From a virus, in the IMG/VR virus record IMGVR_UViG_3300049491_000716, positions 1 through 64,000 of that record: 64,000 nt of DNA, one strand, 5' to 3'. Shown here in pieces: positions 49,635 to 57,577 of this stretch; position 1 is the first letter of the stretch; each line of letters starts with the position of its first letter. The notes under the pieces were generated by a model. The model saw only the letters and a list, made by a program, of their open reading frames with translations, was not told where the DNA came from and did not search any database. The translations under genes were made by a program, and so were the position numbers.

Positions 49635-50317
49635 AGGGTTTCCTTCAGCCAGATGTCATCGAACTCGTGTGGCGCCCAGTCCGGGAGGAACGGGCCGCCT
49701 TCTGTGAAGTGCGCGATTTGCGGAACCGCTGGCTTCGGCATCACGCCGACCAGCCAATTCCATTCGTAGGGCAACTCGCCGATTTCGCTGTCGTGTAGCC
49801 AGCAGAACTGGTGCAGGTCGATGCCGCGCGTGTGGTTGATGGCATCCAACGTCAGGCGGCGGTTGCCCGGGTGGCCCACGTTGAACAGCATCACGCTTGA
49901 CCAACCCTTGCGCTCGTAGGGCACCTGAGCCTGGCCATCCATCTTCTCGCCGGCGCGGAAGTCGGCGTAGTGCTTCACAACCTGCACGGCCTTCGTGTAG
50001 TCGGCCAGCGCGAAGAGTTTGGTCACGTCTCCGAGAAAGACGACGTCGCTGTCAACGAACAGCGCGAGGCCGTTCTGCGCGAGGATCGGCGTCAGAAATC
50101 GGCTGATCGCGAAGCCAGTTGAGCATGGCGCGTTGCTTGTCAGGTCGTACATGCTGCCGCGCAGATCGGTCGGGCGGCGCAGCAGGCCGCAGCGCTCCAG
50201 GTTGTCGCGGTTCAGCGGCGTGATGCTCACCGGGGCCTTCGTGCGGCGCAGCATGGACTTCACGGCCACGTCGTAGGCGCGCTGCTCGCGCGGCTCGTGG
50301 CCGATGTAGACGCGCAT
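49631..50317 (-). CDS. GT-A glycosyltransferase (GT8-like)
   Basis: STGFAISRFL, FVDSD (DxD), WSSVMLFN, WNWL, HFTEGGP. Confidence 0.85.
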   Translation of the reverse strand: MRVYIGHEPREQRAYDVAVKSMLRRTKAPVSITPLNRDNLERCGLLRRPTDLRGSMYDLTSNAPCSTGFAISRFLTPILAQNGLALFVDSDVVFLGDVTKLFALADYTKAVQVVKHYADFRAGEKMDGQAQVPYERKGWSSVMLFNVGHPGNRRLTLDAINHTRGIDLHQFCWLHDSEIGELPYEWNWLVGVMPKPAVPQIAHFTEGGPFLPDWAPHEFDDIWLKETL

Positions 50318-50319
50318 GG

Positions 50320-50526
50320 TCAAGACACCTTGCCGTATCGCCATTTCATTTCTTCAAAGGCAGCCTCTGGGTCGCCTCCGCTGTTCAGCCAGACTTCATT
50401 GATTTCTACAGCAGGTGCACCGAACGCCTCGCGGCACTTTGTGTAGAAGGATTTCGCGACCTTAATATTTTCATAGCCGCGGTCCGGCCGGCGAGCAAAG
50501 GCCAATCCAATTTCAGTCAGGCTCAT
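50320..50526 (-). CDS. Hypothetical protein
   Basis: GGGG RBS; in operon. Confidence 0.5.
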   Translation of the reverse strand: MSLTEIGLAFARRPDRGYENIKVAKSFYTKCREAFGAPAVEINEVWLNSGGDPEAAFEEMKWRYGKVS

Positions 50527-50541
50527 GGCGCCCCCTATTGA

Positions 50542-51192
50542 TCAATCGCAGGTCATCAGGTAGTCGCCGCTCATCTCCTTGCGCACCTTGTAGCCCAAGG
50601 ATTGAAGATAGGGAACGGCGTCGGTGTCGCCGATGCCGTAGCGCACGGCGTGGCCCTTCTTCTGTTCGACGCAGATCACCGGCTTGCAGCGTGCGATGGT
50701 TTCCTCGGCGCCGCGGAGCACGAACAGTTCATGGCCTTCGGTGTCGATCTTGATCAGGTCCACTCGGCTCAGCGCGAAGCTGTCCAGCGTGTGCATCGGG
50801 ATGTCGCCGTCGCCGTCCACGCGGCTGTCGCCTGAACTGGTCGGTTCGGTGCGGATGGCAACCATGCCTTCGTGATCACCCAGCGCGCAGGCGTGAAGCG
50901 TGATGTTGTCGCAGGCAAGCGTGTTGGCCAAAAAGCACTCGCGATGCGCAGCCACCGGCTCGAAGGCGTGGACTTCGTCGAACTCGTGCGACAGGTTGAA
51001 TGACCACAGACCCACGTGGCCACCAACGTCGATCGCGACGCGCTTCTGTTTGCAGAGGCCCATCGCAGCCACCTGCTTCTGGCCTTGGTAACTCGCGCGA
51101 CCGTTCAAGTGCATACGCACCTTCGGGTTGGCCATCCAGATGGGGAGGTGGGCTTCGCGATCGGGGAAATACCAGCCGTCAGTCTTCAGCAC
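50542..51192 (-). CDS. FkbM-family methyltransferase
   Basis: IDVGGHVG, AFEP, IKIDTEGHE. Confidence 0.92.
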   Translation of the reverse strand: MLKTDGWYFPDREAHLPIWMANPKVRMHLNGRASYQGQKQVAAMGLCKQKRVAIDVGGHVGLWSFNLSHEFDEVHAFEPVAAHRECFLANTLACDNITLHACALGDHEGMVAIRTEPTSSGDSRVDGDGDIPMHTLDSFALSRVDLIKIDTEGHELFVLRGAEETIARCKPVICVEQKKGHAVRYGIGDTDAVPYLQSLGYKVRKEMSGDYLMTCD

Positions 51193-51923
51193 AGAATCTG
51201 CTCCAGGTTTGTTTGAACTTCGTCGACCGTAATGGCCAGCATGGATGCGCGGCAACCAGCGCAGGGAACTCGAGAGCCGCAGGCGCCGCCGGCGTGCCGC
51301 AGGTTGCGGTGCTGCGGATAGCCGGTGTAGTCGGGGTGGATGAACTCCGAAAAGAGCACAACCGCTGGGATGTTCAATGCGGCCGCCGCGTGACCGAGGC
51401 CGCCCTCGGCGCCAACGAATGCCCGGCTGACCGCCAGCACCGCCATGGCATGCCGGAAGGTCGGCGTCTCGACGAACTGCACGCCATTCAAGCGCTCGGT
51501 GGCTGGCTTGCCGATCTGAATGCACTGGCCGGCGTTGCGGTCCGCGAGTTCCTGCCAGCGCTCCCAGATCCAGGCCTTGTTGGAGCCCGGAACCTTGGTG
51601 CATGGTTCGATCAGGATGTGGCCGGCGTGCGGCGCCGCCCACGTTCGCTCGCCATGGCTCAGGTAGACCTCGCCGGGCTCGATCTGCCATCGCTTCCAAG
51701 TCCACGCCGTGGCTGACTTCGCCGCGATGTAGGGCCGCACGCCGCCACCGTTGATCAACTTCACGGCGCCGCGGTCGCCGGCTCGGGCGATGCGCGGGTT
51801 GTTCTCGAAGACCTCAGACCACTGGTGCCGTCCGTCCCTGCCGAGCACCATCACCTTGCGTTTCGTCTCGACATTGAGTTGCCGAACCTGTGCAGTGCAC
51901 ATCAGCCAATCGCCGACGCCCAT
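51186..51923 (-). CDS. GT9-like glycosyltransferase
   Basis: GVGDWLM, NKAW..ERW, EGGLGHAAAAL..P.VVLF, C..C..SM. Confidence 0.85.
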   Translation of the reverse strand: MGVGDWLMCTAQVRQLNVETKRKVMVLGRDGRHQWSEVFENNPRIARAGDRGAVKLINGGGVRPYIAAKSATAWTWKRWQIEPGEVYLSHGERTWAAPHAGHILIEPCTKVPGSNKAWIWERWQELADRNAGQCIQIGKPATERLNGVQFVETPTFRHAMAVLAVSRAFVGAEGGLGHAAAALNIPAVVLFSEFIHPDYTGYPQHRNLRHAGGACGSRVPCAGCRASMLAITVDEVQTNLEQILC

Positions 51924-51930
51924 GACAGCC

Positions 51931-52734
51931 TCAGGCGCCGCGGCGGGTGTACTTGCGCTTCGGGCGCTCCTGCTCTTGGCTTGTGGCGTCAGGCAGCAGG
52001 TCTTGCTGGGGTTCGGTGACTTCGGGTTGCAGGGTCACCGGTTCGGCATCATGCATCGTCGTCACGTCCAGCGCCACCGGTTCCGCGGCGGCATCCTGAA
52101 GCATGGCGTTGAAGCCCGGCATCGTGTCGAAAACTTCGGTTTCCGTAGACACGTCGGCTTCGACGTGTACAGTTTTCGGAGTTTCCTGAACACGTCGGCG
52201 GAAGTAGCCCTGCCATTCGCCGCGCGGGCCCTCGCCTTCGGTTTCCAGGTCGAAGCCTTCGCTGGCCATGACAGCCAGGATGTCGTGCGGCACGTTCTCG
52301 CTGCGCAGGTCGCGGATCACGGGGCCGTAGGGCGGCAGGCGGATGACCACAAGGTCATCACAAGCCGCGGCCAACATGGAGCACACAGCGCTCGGGTTCT
52401 TGAGTTTGTGAAGCGACGCGAGCATCACGATGATGTCGTATCGCTCGTCTTCCGGGTGAGCATAGTGGTTCAGATTCGCCTGTTGAAATTCGCAAGGCAA
52501 GTCGCCGGCCAACGTTTTTGCAACCGGTATGTACCAATCCACGATCTCCAAGCCCTTGCAGAACTTGGCCCCAGCTTTCGCCAACTCCATGGAGATCAGG
52601 CCCTCTCCGGCGCCAACGTCAAGAACGGTTTTCCCGGGAACTTCTTTGAGCAACTGACCCAAGCCGGTCATCTGCTCATCAATCGTCCTGTCTCCGTCTT
52701 GCACGCCTTCGATCTTGAACCAGCCTTTTTTCAT
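51931..52734 (-). CDS. Class I SAM methyltransferase with acidic/basic tail
   Basis: VLDVGAGEG; YDIIVML..LH. Confidence 0.88.
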   Translation of the reverse strand: MKKGWFKIEGVQDGDRTIDEQMTGLGQLLKEVPGKTVLDVGAGEGLISMELAKAGAKFCKGLEIVDWYIPVAKTLAGDLPCEFQQANLNHYAHPEDERYDIIVMLASLHKLKNPSAVCSMLAAACDDLVVIRLPPYGPVIRDLRSENVPHDILAVMASEGFDLETEGEGPRGEWQGYFRRRVQETPKTVHVEADVSTETEVFDTMPGFNAMLQDAAAEPVALDVTTMHDAEPVTLQPEVTEPQQDLLPDATSQEQERPKRKYTRRGA

Positions 52735-52824
52735 TGTTTGCTCCACTAAAATAGGCGAGCCCCTGAAGCGTGGCAACGCGACAGGGGCCCTGATCACACC
52801 TTGACCTGCTTCATAGGCCACAGC

Positions 52825-53343
52825 ATGACTGTTGAAAATTCTCTCACAGCGGAACGTCTCCGCGAACTTCTTCACTACGACCCGGCCATCGGCGTCTTCA
52901 AGCGCATTCTTGAACTAAGTCGAAGGCGTCGCGACAAGGTCGGCAGCCTAACTTGGAACAAGTACCTGCTGATCTGTGTTGATGGTAAGCAGTACCGTGC
53001 TCATCGATTGGCTTGGCTCTACATGACTGGATCTTGGCCAACCAGCGACATTGACCACAAGAATCGGATCAAGACGGACAACCGATGGACGAATCTTCGT
53101 CAGGCCACCAGAAAGCAAAACATGGAGAACACTGGCCTGCAGAAAAATAACAAATCAGGCATTTGTGGCGTGTATTGGGATACCAACCGAGAGCGATGGC
53201 ACGCGATGATTCAACACAACAAAAGGATGATCCACATCGGACGGTTCGTGGCGTTTGAGGATGCAGTGAAGGCTCGCAAGGACGCTGAAAACCTCTACTT
53301 CACTCATCACTTGAAAGAGCCGACCACGCAAAACCAGATCTGA
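52825..53343 (+). CDS. HNH-AP2 homing endonuclease
   Basis: AHRLAW, IDHKNR..DNR..NLR, N.SG..GV, HIGRF. Confidence 0.93.
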   Translation: MTVENSLTAERLRELLHYDPAIGVFKRILELSRRRRDKVGSLTWNKYLLICVDGKQYRAHRLAWLYMTGSWPTSDIDHKNRIKTDNRWTNLRQATRKQNMENTGLQKNNKSGICGVYWDTNRERWHAMIQHNKRMIHIGRFVAFEDAVKARKDAENLYFTHHLKEPTTQNQI

Positions 53344-54058
53344 ACTCGTCAAGGCTCCACTGCTGGTCGGCCAGTTGGTTCGCCCACTCGTGGCGGCCAT
53401 CAGGCGTCGGCAGGTTTTCGATCTGCTCAAGCGTGCCGCTCATGGGTCGCGCTGAGCAATCATCCGATTCAACAACGACTGGTATGCCCGCCAGCAGCGC
53501 AGTGACGGCTGCGGCTGACGACCAAGTGACCAGCGCATGTGCGCCGACCAAGTCTGCAGCCAGCGTTGCAGAGGACTTGCTCTTGTTTGCCGACCACGGC
53601 CGGACACGGATCTCGCGGTCAGTGACCGTCTTGAGTCGCTGCAGCGTCTGTTCAGTCCAGTCAAATTCGACTCCAGCCAAGGTCTTCATGAAGTGGGCCG
53701 ACTGGGGGCACACGACGATGTGGCTGCCGCTGCTGCGCCACGGCTTGATCTCAATGCCGAGCGCGGCAAAGCGCGTGCCGTCACTGGCGCCCTCGGCGAT
53801 CGGCTGCAACATGTTCTTGGCGACGCGGAAGTAGGCTTCGCGAGCCGAGTCGAACAGGCTGCCGTCCGAGTAGAAGATGGTGCGTCCGTCTTGCGATCCC
53901 TGCCACGCCTCCAGGTTGCCGGCCGTCACGCCGTAGAAGAACGATCCGCCTTCGCTGCGCAGCTTGTAGGCAATCTGGCCATTGCAACCACGGGCAAAGG
54001 CCAAGCAGATGTCGGCACTCTTCTGCTTGTGCGGAACCGGGTAGGCGGTCACGATCAC
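53300..54058 (-). CDS. KpsC/KpsS-like GT-B glycosyltransferase-like protein
   Basis: IVVCPQ, VRP, VTWSSAAAVTALLAGIPV. Confidence 0.7.
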   Translation of the reverse strand: MIVTAYPVPHKQKSADICLAFARGCNGQIAYKLRSEGGSFFYGVTAGNLEAWQGSQDGRTIFYSDGSLFDSAREAYFRVAKNMLQPIAEGASDGTRFAALGIEIKPWRSSGSHIVVCPQSAHFMKTLAGVEFDWTEQTLQRLKTVTDREIRVRPWSANKSKSSATLAADLVGAHALVTWSSAAAVTALLAGIPVVVESDDCSARPMSGTLEQIENLPTPDGRHEWANQLADQQWSLDEFRSGFAWSALSSDE

Positions 54059-54834
54059 GATGCCAACTTTCTCAGGATCCTGGCGAAAGGCTCGCCGCTC
54101 TCAATGTCGGCCACGCTCCATTGTGCGTGGGCCATGCGCGAGAAGGCATCAAGCCGTGACTGATCGTCACGCTTCAACTCGGCCAGCCCGTCAGACCAGC
54201 GCGTCGCGGCGCCACCGCAGATCCAGTGCGGCGCCGAGTAGACCACCGGCACACCCTCGATCAGTGCCTTTACCCCGCTGGCGCTGCTCCACACGAAGCA
54301 CGCCTCGCAGCCTGCCAGTTCGGTGTCAAGCGTCATCTTTGGCGGGAAGCGGCCCGGGTGGCGGCGAATGCGAACCTGAAGGCCCATTCCCCGCAGTTGC
54401 ACCGTAGTGCGGTCTTCCCATCCGTGCGGGCTGGCCATCTCGGTGGAGCCGACGCCGCGCTGACCACATACCAAGACGTGCTTTCCCTTCTGCCAAGGCT
54501 TGAAGTTGATACCGAGAAGCGAGAGGCGGTCATCTTGTTCCACGGGGAACCAGCCGCTTCCGTTGTGGCCGCCGACGGCGATGGCATAGTTCGGCCGGCC
54601 TTCGCTGTCTTGGCCGTAGTAGCCGTTCTCGCACACCACCACGGTGCCGCCCTTCAGTTCCCAGTTGCGGGCCAACTCCTGTTCGGCACCCTGCCGATTC
54701 CAGAGGATGAGCATGTCGCGCTCGTCCTTCGGGTCACCGGCAACAGTGACGGCGTAGCCGAGGCGGCGGAGCCCGGCTTCGAATGCGTCGCGTCGGTATT
54801 CCGGCTTGAACCGGATATTGCAGAGAGCGATCAA
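54055..54834 (-). CDS. KpsC/KpsS-like GT-B glycosyltransferase-like protein (paralog of previous)
   Basis: ENGY, VLVCGQ, RRHP, WSSASGVKALIEGVPV, QWS. Confidence 0.75.
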   Translation of the reverse strand: MIALCNIRFKPEYRRDAFEAGLRRLGYAVTVAGDPKDERDMLILWNRQGAEQELARNWELKGGTVVVCENGYYGQDSEGRPNYAIAVGGHNGSGWFPVEQDDRLSLLGINFKPWQKGKHVLVCGQRGVGSTEMASPHGWEDRTTVQLRGMGLQVRIRRHPGRFPPKMTLDTELAGCEACFVWSSASGVKALIEGVPVVYSAPHWICGGAATRWSDGLAELKRDDQSRLDAFSRMAHAQWSVADIESGEPFARILRKLAS

Positions 54835-55574
54835 GCCAGGGCTTCCTTCAAGTCGGCGAGTCGGAAGCACGTCAGGCGCGTTGACCGCGTGCAGTTCACC
54901 ACCTCCACGCCGGCCTTCTTGATGTCGTGCGCCAGCGGGTCAAATGCCTGAATCCAGAGTTCGAAGAGGTAGTTCGGGATGCCTGTCAGCGGCTTCGGGT
55001 GATCGCTGTGCCAGTGCTTGCCGTGCATGTCGAAGCCCAGCAGGATGATCTTCTTGGCGCCGGCCTGATACGCGAGGTTGATCGCCTGGTAACCGCCGTT
55101 GCGGCCTTGGTTGATCACGCCGGGCGTCTTGTTCAGGCCTGAACCCGGCCGGCTTTCGATGTGCTTGACGCCTTCGTGGGCGACATTCTTGTCTTGTGTC
55201 CAGAACTCGGATTTGCTGACGCGGCGCGCTTCGCCGATGTACTGGTTCCACCACGGCGCATCGCATGCGTAGAGGACGTCCGCCCACGGCGCCAGCATGA
55301 AGGTGGTGTTGATCGCGATGACCCGGCGGCCGCCCGCGGCTTCTCGCCACTCGCGCACCAGCTCGCAGTCGGCCAATTTCAGGCTCTGCCCGCTGGCCAG
55401 AATCACGACTGTGTCGCCGGCCCACTCGAGGCCGCGCCACGCGAAGCCGCCAAACGGGCGGGCTTCACCCGTCGCGATCATGGCTTCTGCCGTGGTCTGA
55501 TCAGCCTCAAAGGTGGACCCTTCAAAGATGGTGCCGACGGCATGGCCGATCGGCTTCAGCGCGATCATCTTCAT
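54831..55574 (-). CDS. GT29/Maf-like Rossmann-fold transferase-like protein
   Basis: VILASGQSL, IAIN, NGGYQAINLA..GAKKIILLGFDM, VVNCT. Confidence 0.7.
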   Translation of the reverse strand: MKMIALKPIGHAVGTIFEGSTFEADQTTAEAMIATGEARPFGGFAWRGLEWAGDTVVILASGQSLKLADCELVREWREAAGGRRVIAINTTFMLAPWADVLYACDAPWWNQYIGEARRVSKSEFWTQDKNVAHEGVKHIESRPGSGLNKTPGVINQGRNGGYQAINLAYQAGAKKIILLGFDMHGKHWHSDHPKPLTGIPNYLFELWIQAFDPLAHDIKKAGVEVVNCTRSTRLTCFRLADLKEALA

Positions 55575-57244
55575 GTGTATCGGCGGTCTTGCCCGGGCAG
55601 GCCGCGCTCTCCCTTTTCGCCACGATCACCGTCTTTGCCGTCGCGGCCGTCGCTGCCCTTCTTCACGATCAACTGCCAATCGGCGGTCAGCGGCTTCTCA
55701 CGTGTTCGGGTCTTGCAGTGATGCATCGAACCAGCCCATGTGACCTGATCACCAGGCAGGTATTCCTCGCCTTCGCGGAACACGCCCTTGTAAAGCGGCA
55801 CCGGGATGTTGAAGGACTCGGCGGCGGCCGTCTTCCCGAATGCGGTGATGCTCTTGAACTCAAAGGATCTCGGGTCGGTTTCGCTTTGCACGAACACAGT
55901 CTTCACAACCGGGTCAAGGATGATGTCCCAACCGGATTCCTCAACGCCGGCCGTGATCGGGTCCGTTGTGCGGATGGCGGTCATCAAGCCGCCGCGGTGC
56001 TTGGCAAAGGTGCCGCGGGCGTAGCTTCGGGTTTCGTCAATCGCCGGCAGGATGGTGATGTGCAGAGCATCGCGGCCCGGCGCGCCATCCTTGCCGTCGC
56101 GCGGCGCTGGCATGTCCTGAGCTGCCCGAGCCACCATCAAGCGAATCACGGCCGGGTCGGCATCGGCTCCTTTTTCGCCGTCCTTCCCGTCTCGGCCGTC
56201 CTTCGGCGTCGGGATCTCGGCAACCGCCTTTGCCACGAGTTCGGCGACGACAGCCGGGTCGACATCTTTGCCGGGGGCGCCAGGTTCTGCCGGCGGCAGC
56301 GACTTGACGTGTGCAGCCACGATCTCGGCAACCATCTGGACGCTGACATCCTTGCCGTCGGCACCGTTCGCCCCGTCTTTGCCGTCAACACCATCACGAG
56401 GCCGCGGGATCTGGTCAACCGCCTTCGCCACCAAGTCAATGATGACAGCCGGGTCAACGCTCTCGCCATCGCGGCCGTCTTTAGGAACCGGGATCTCATC
56501 CAAGAATTTGCTGACTTCAGCCAAAACATCCTTGGCGATTTCGGCGGGGTCTGCGTCTTTCCCGTTCGCGCCGTCCTTCGGCTTCGGCATGGCAGCCACG
56601 GCCTCAGCCACGCTGGCCTGCACCATGGCTGCCAGTTCTTCAGGATCCGGGCCTTCACCGTCACAGCCGTCGGCGCCGGGCGGGCCGACCAGCGAGTCCA
56701 GCCATTCTGGCTCTGTGCCGACGAAGCCATTGGCCACAGCCAGTTCGTAGGCTGACTTGCCGTCGGCGCCGTTGATGCCATCCTTCGGGATCGGGATTTC
56801 ATCCAAGAACTTGCTGACCTCAATCAGAACGTCCTTGGCAATCTCGGCGGCGTCGGCATCTTTGCCGTCCACCGCCTTCGGGAGAAGCGCGACGGCGCGC
56901 TGCACGGCGGCATCGATGACGGCCGGGTCGGCGTCGCGACCATCGCTGCCGTCTTTGCCGTCCATGCCTTTCTCGCCGGGTTCGCCCTTGACCGACTCGC
57001 CGCGAAGAGACTTCAGCCATGCGGCCTGGTCGCCATCGAAACCGCAGGCCTTGGCAACCTCAAAGGCGCCGAGACCGTTCAAGCCGTCGGCGCCGTCCTT
57101 GCCGTCCTTGCCCGCCGGGATCTCGGCAAAGCGAGCCAGCAACGGCTCGATCGCCGTCTTGAGGCGACGATCGAACTCGACACCAACATAGCCTTTGACG
57201 GCCAGGAAGATGGAGTCCGAGAGTGCTTTGATGTCGCCCTTCAT
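55571..57244 (-). CDS. Head-associated protein with KDGxDG/collagen-like repeats
   Basis: Repeated PKDGxDGKD; GKSAYELAV..GF.GTE.EWL; W.L.VKKG. Confidence 0.8.
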   Translation of the reverse strand: MKGDIKALSDSIFLAVKGYVGVEFDRRLKTAIEPLLARFAEIPAGKDGKDGADGLNGLGAFEVAKACGFDGDQAAWLKSLRGESVKGEPGEKGMDGKDGSDGRDADPAVIDAAVQRAVALLPKAVDGKDADAAEIAKDVLIEVSKFLDEIPIPKDGINGADGKSAYELAVANGFVGTEPEWLDSLVGPPGADGCDGEGPDPEELAAMVQASVAEAVAAMPKPKDGANGKDADPAEIAKDVLAEVSKFLDEIPVPKDGRDGESVDPAVIIDLVAKAVDQIPRPRDGVDGKDGANGADGKDVSVQMVAEIVAAHVKSLPPAEPGAPGKDVDPAVVAELVAKAVAEIPTPKDGRDGKDGEKGADADPAVIRLMVARAAQDMPAPRDGKDGAPGRDALHITILPAIDETRSYARGTFAKHRGGLMTAIRTTDPITAGVEESGWDIILDPVVKTVFVQSETDPRSFEFKSITAFGKTAAAESFNIPVPLYKGVFREGEEYLPGDQVTWAGSMHHCKTRTREKPLTADWQLIVKKGSDGRDGKDGDRGEKGERGLPGQDRRYT

Positions 57245-57257
57245 GCTGTGCCCTTGT

Positions 57258-57569
57258 TCATGGTGTCACGACAACGACAGTTCGTTCGCAATCGGTCATG
57301 TCTGCTGCCACTCGCGTGGCCGCTCCGTCAACCGAATCGAATTCAACATGTTCGTGTCCAGTACCTTGGTTCGTGATTCGTGTCTTGCCGGCCGCCACTG
57401 CCGCCAGCAGGCGGAACAGTTGCGCCGCCGTGTACGGTGTTTCGATCACGGCATCCAAGTCGCTCGGGCTGAGCAACAGTGCTTCTGAGTTGGCTTGGGC
57501 TTCAATGAGCCCTGCTTGGCTTGGGTAGCCGTTGTCGAGCGTGAAGCTCCAGATGCTTGATGCCGACAT
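57258..57569 (-). CDS. Paralog of the C-terminal domain of the 848-aa protein
   Basis: VIE..YTA..AVAAG.T..QG.GH.HVEF..A.MT..ERT.VV.TP shared. Confidence 0.8.
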   Translation of the reverse strand: MSASSIWSFTLDNGYPSQAGLIEAQANSEALLLSPSDLDAVIETPYTAAQLFRLLAAVAAGKTRITNQGTGHEHVEFDSVDGAATRVAADMTDCERTVVVVTP

Positions 57570-57577
57570 GTCTTTGC

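Noticed and set aside
50542-51705. 387-aa version of the FkbM ORF
   Set aside because: Extension overlaps the GT9-like gene; GTG at 51192 gives a coupled start
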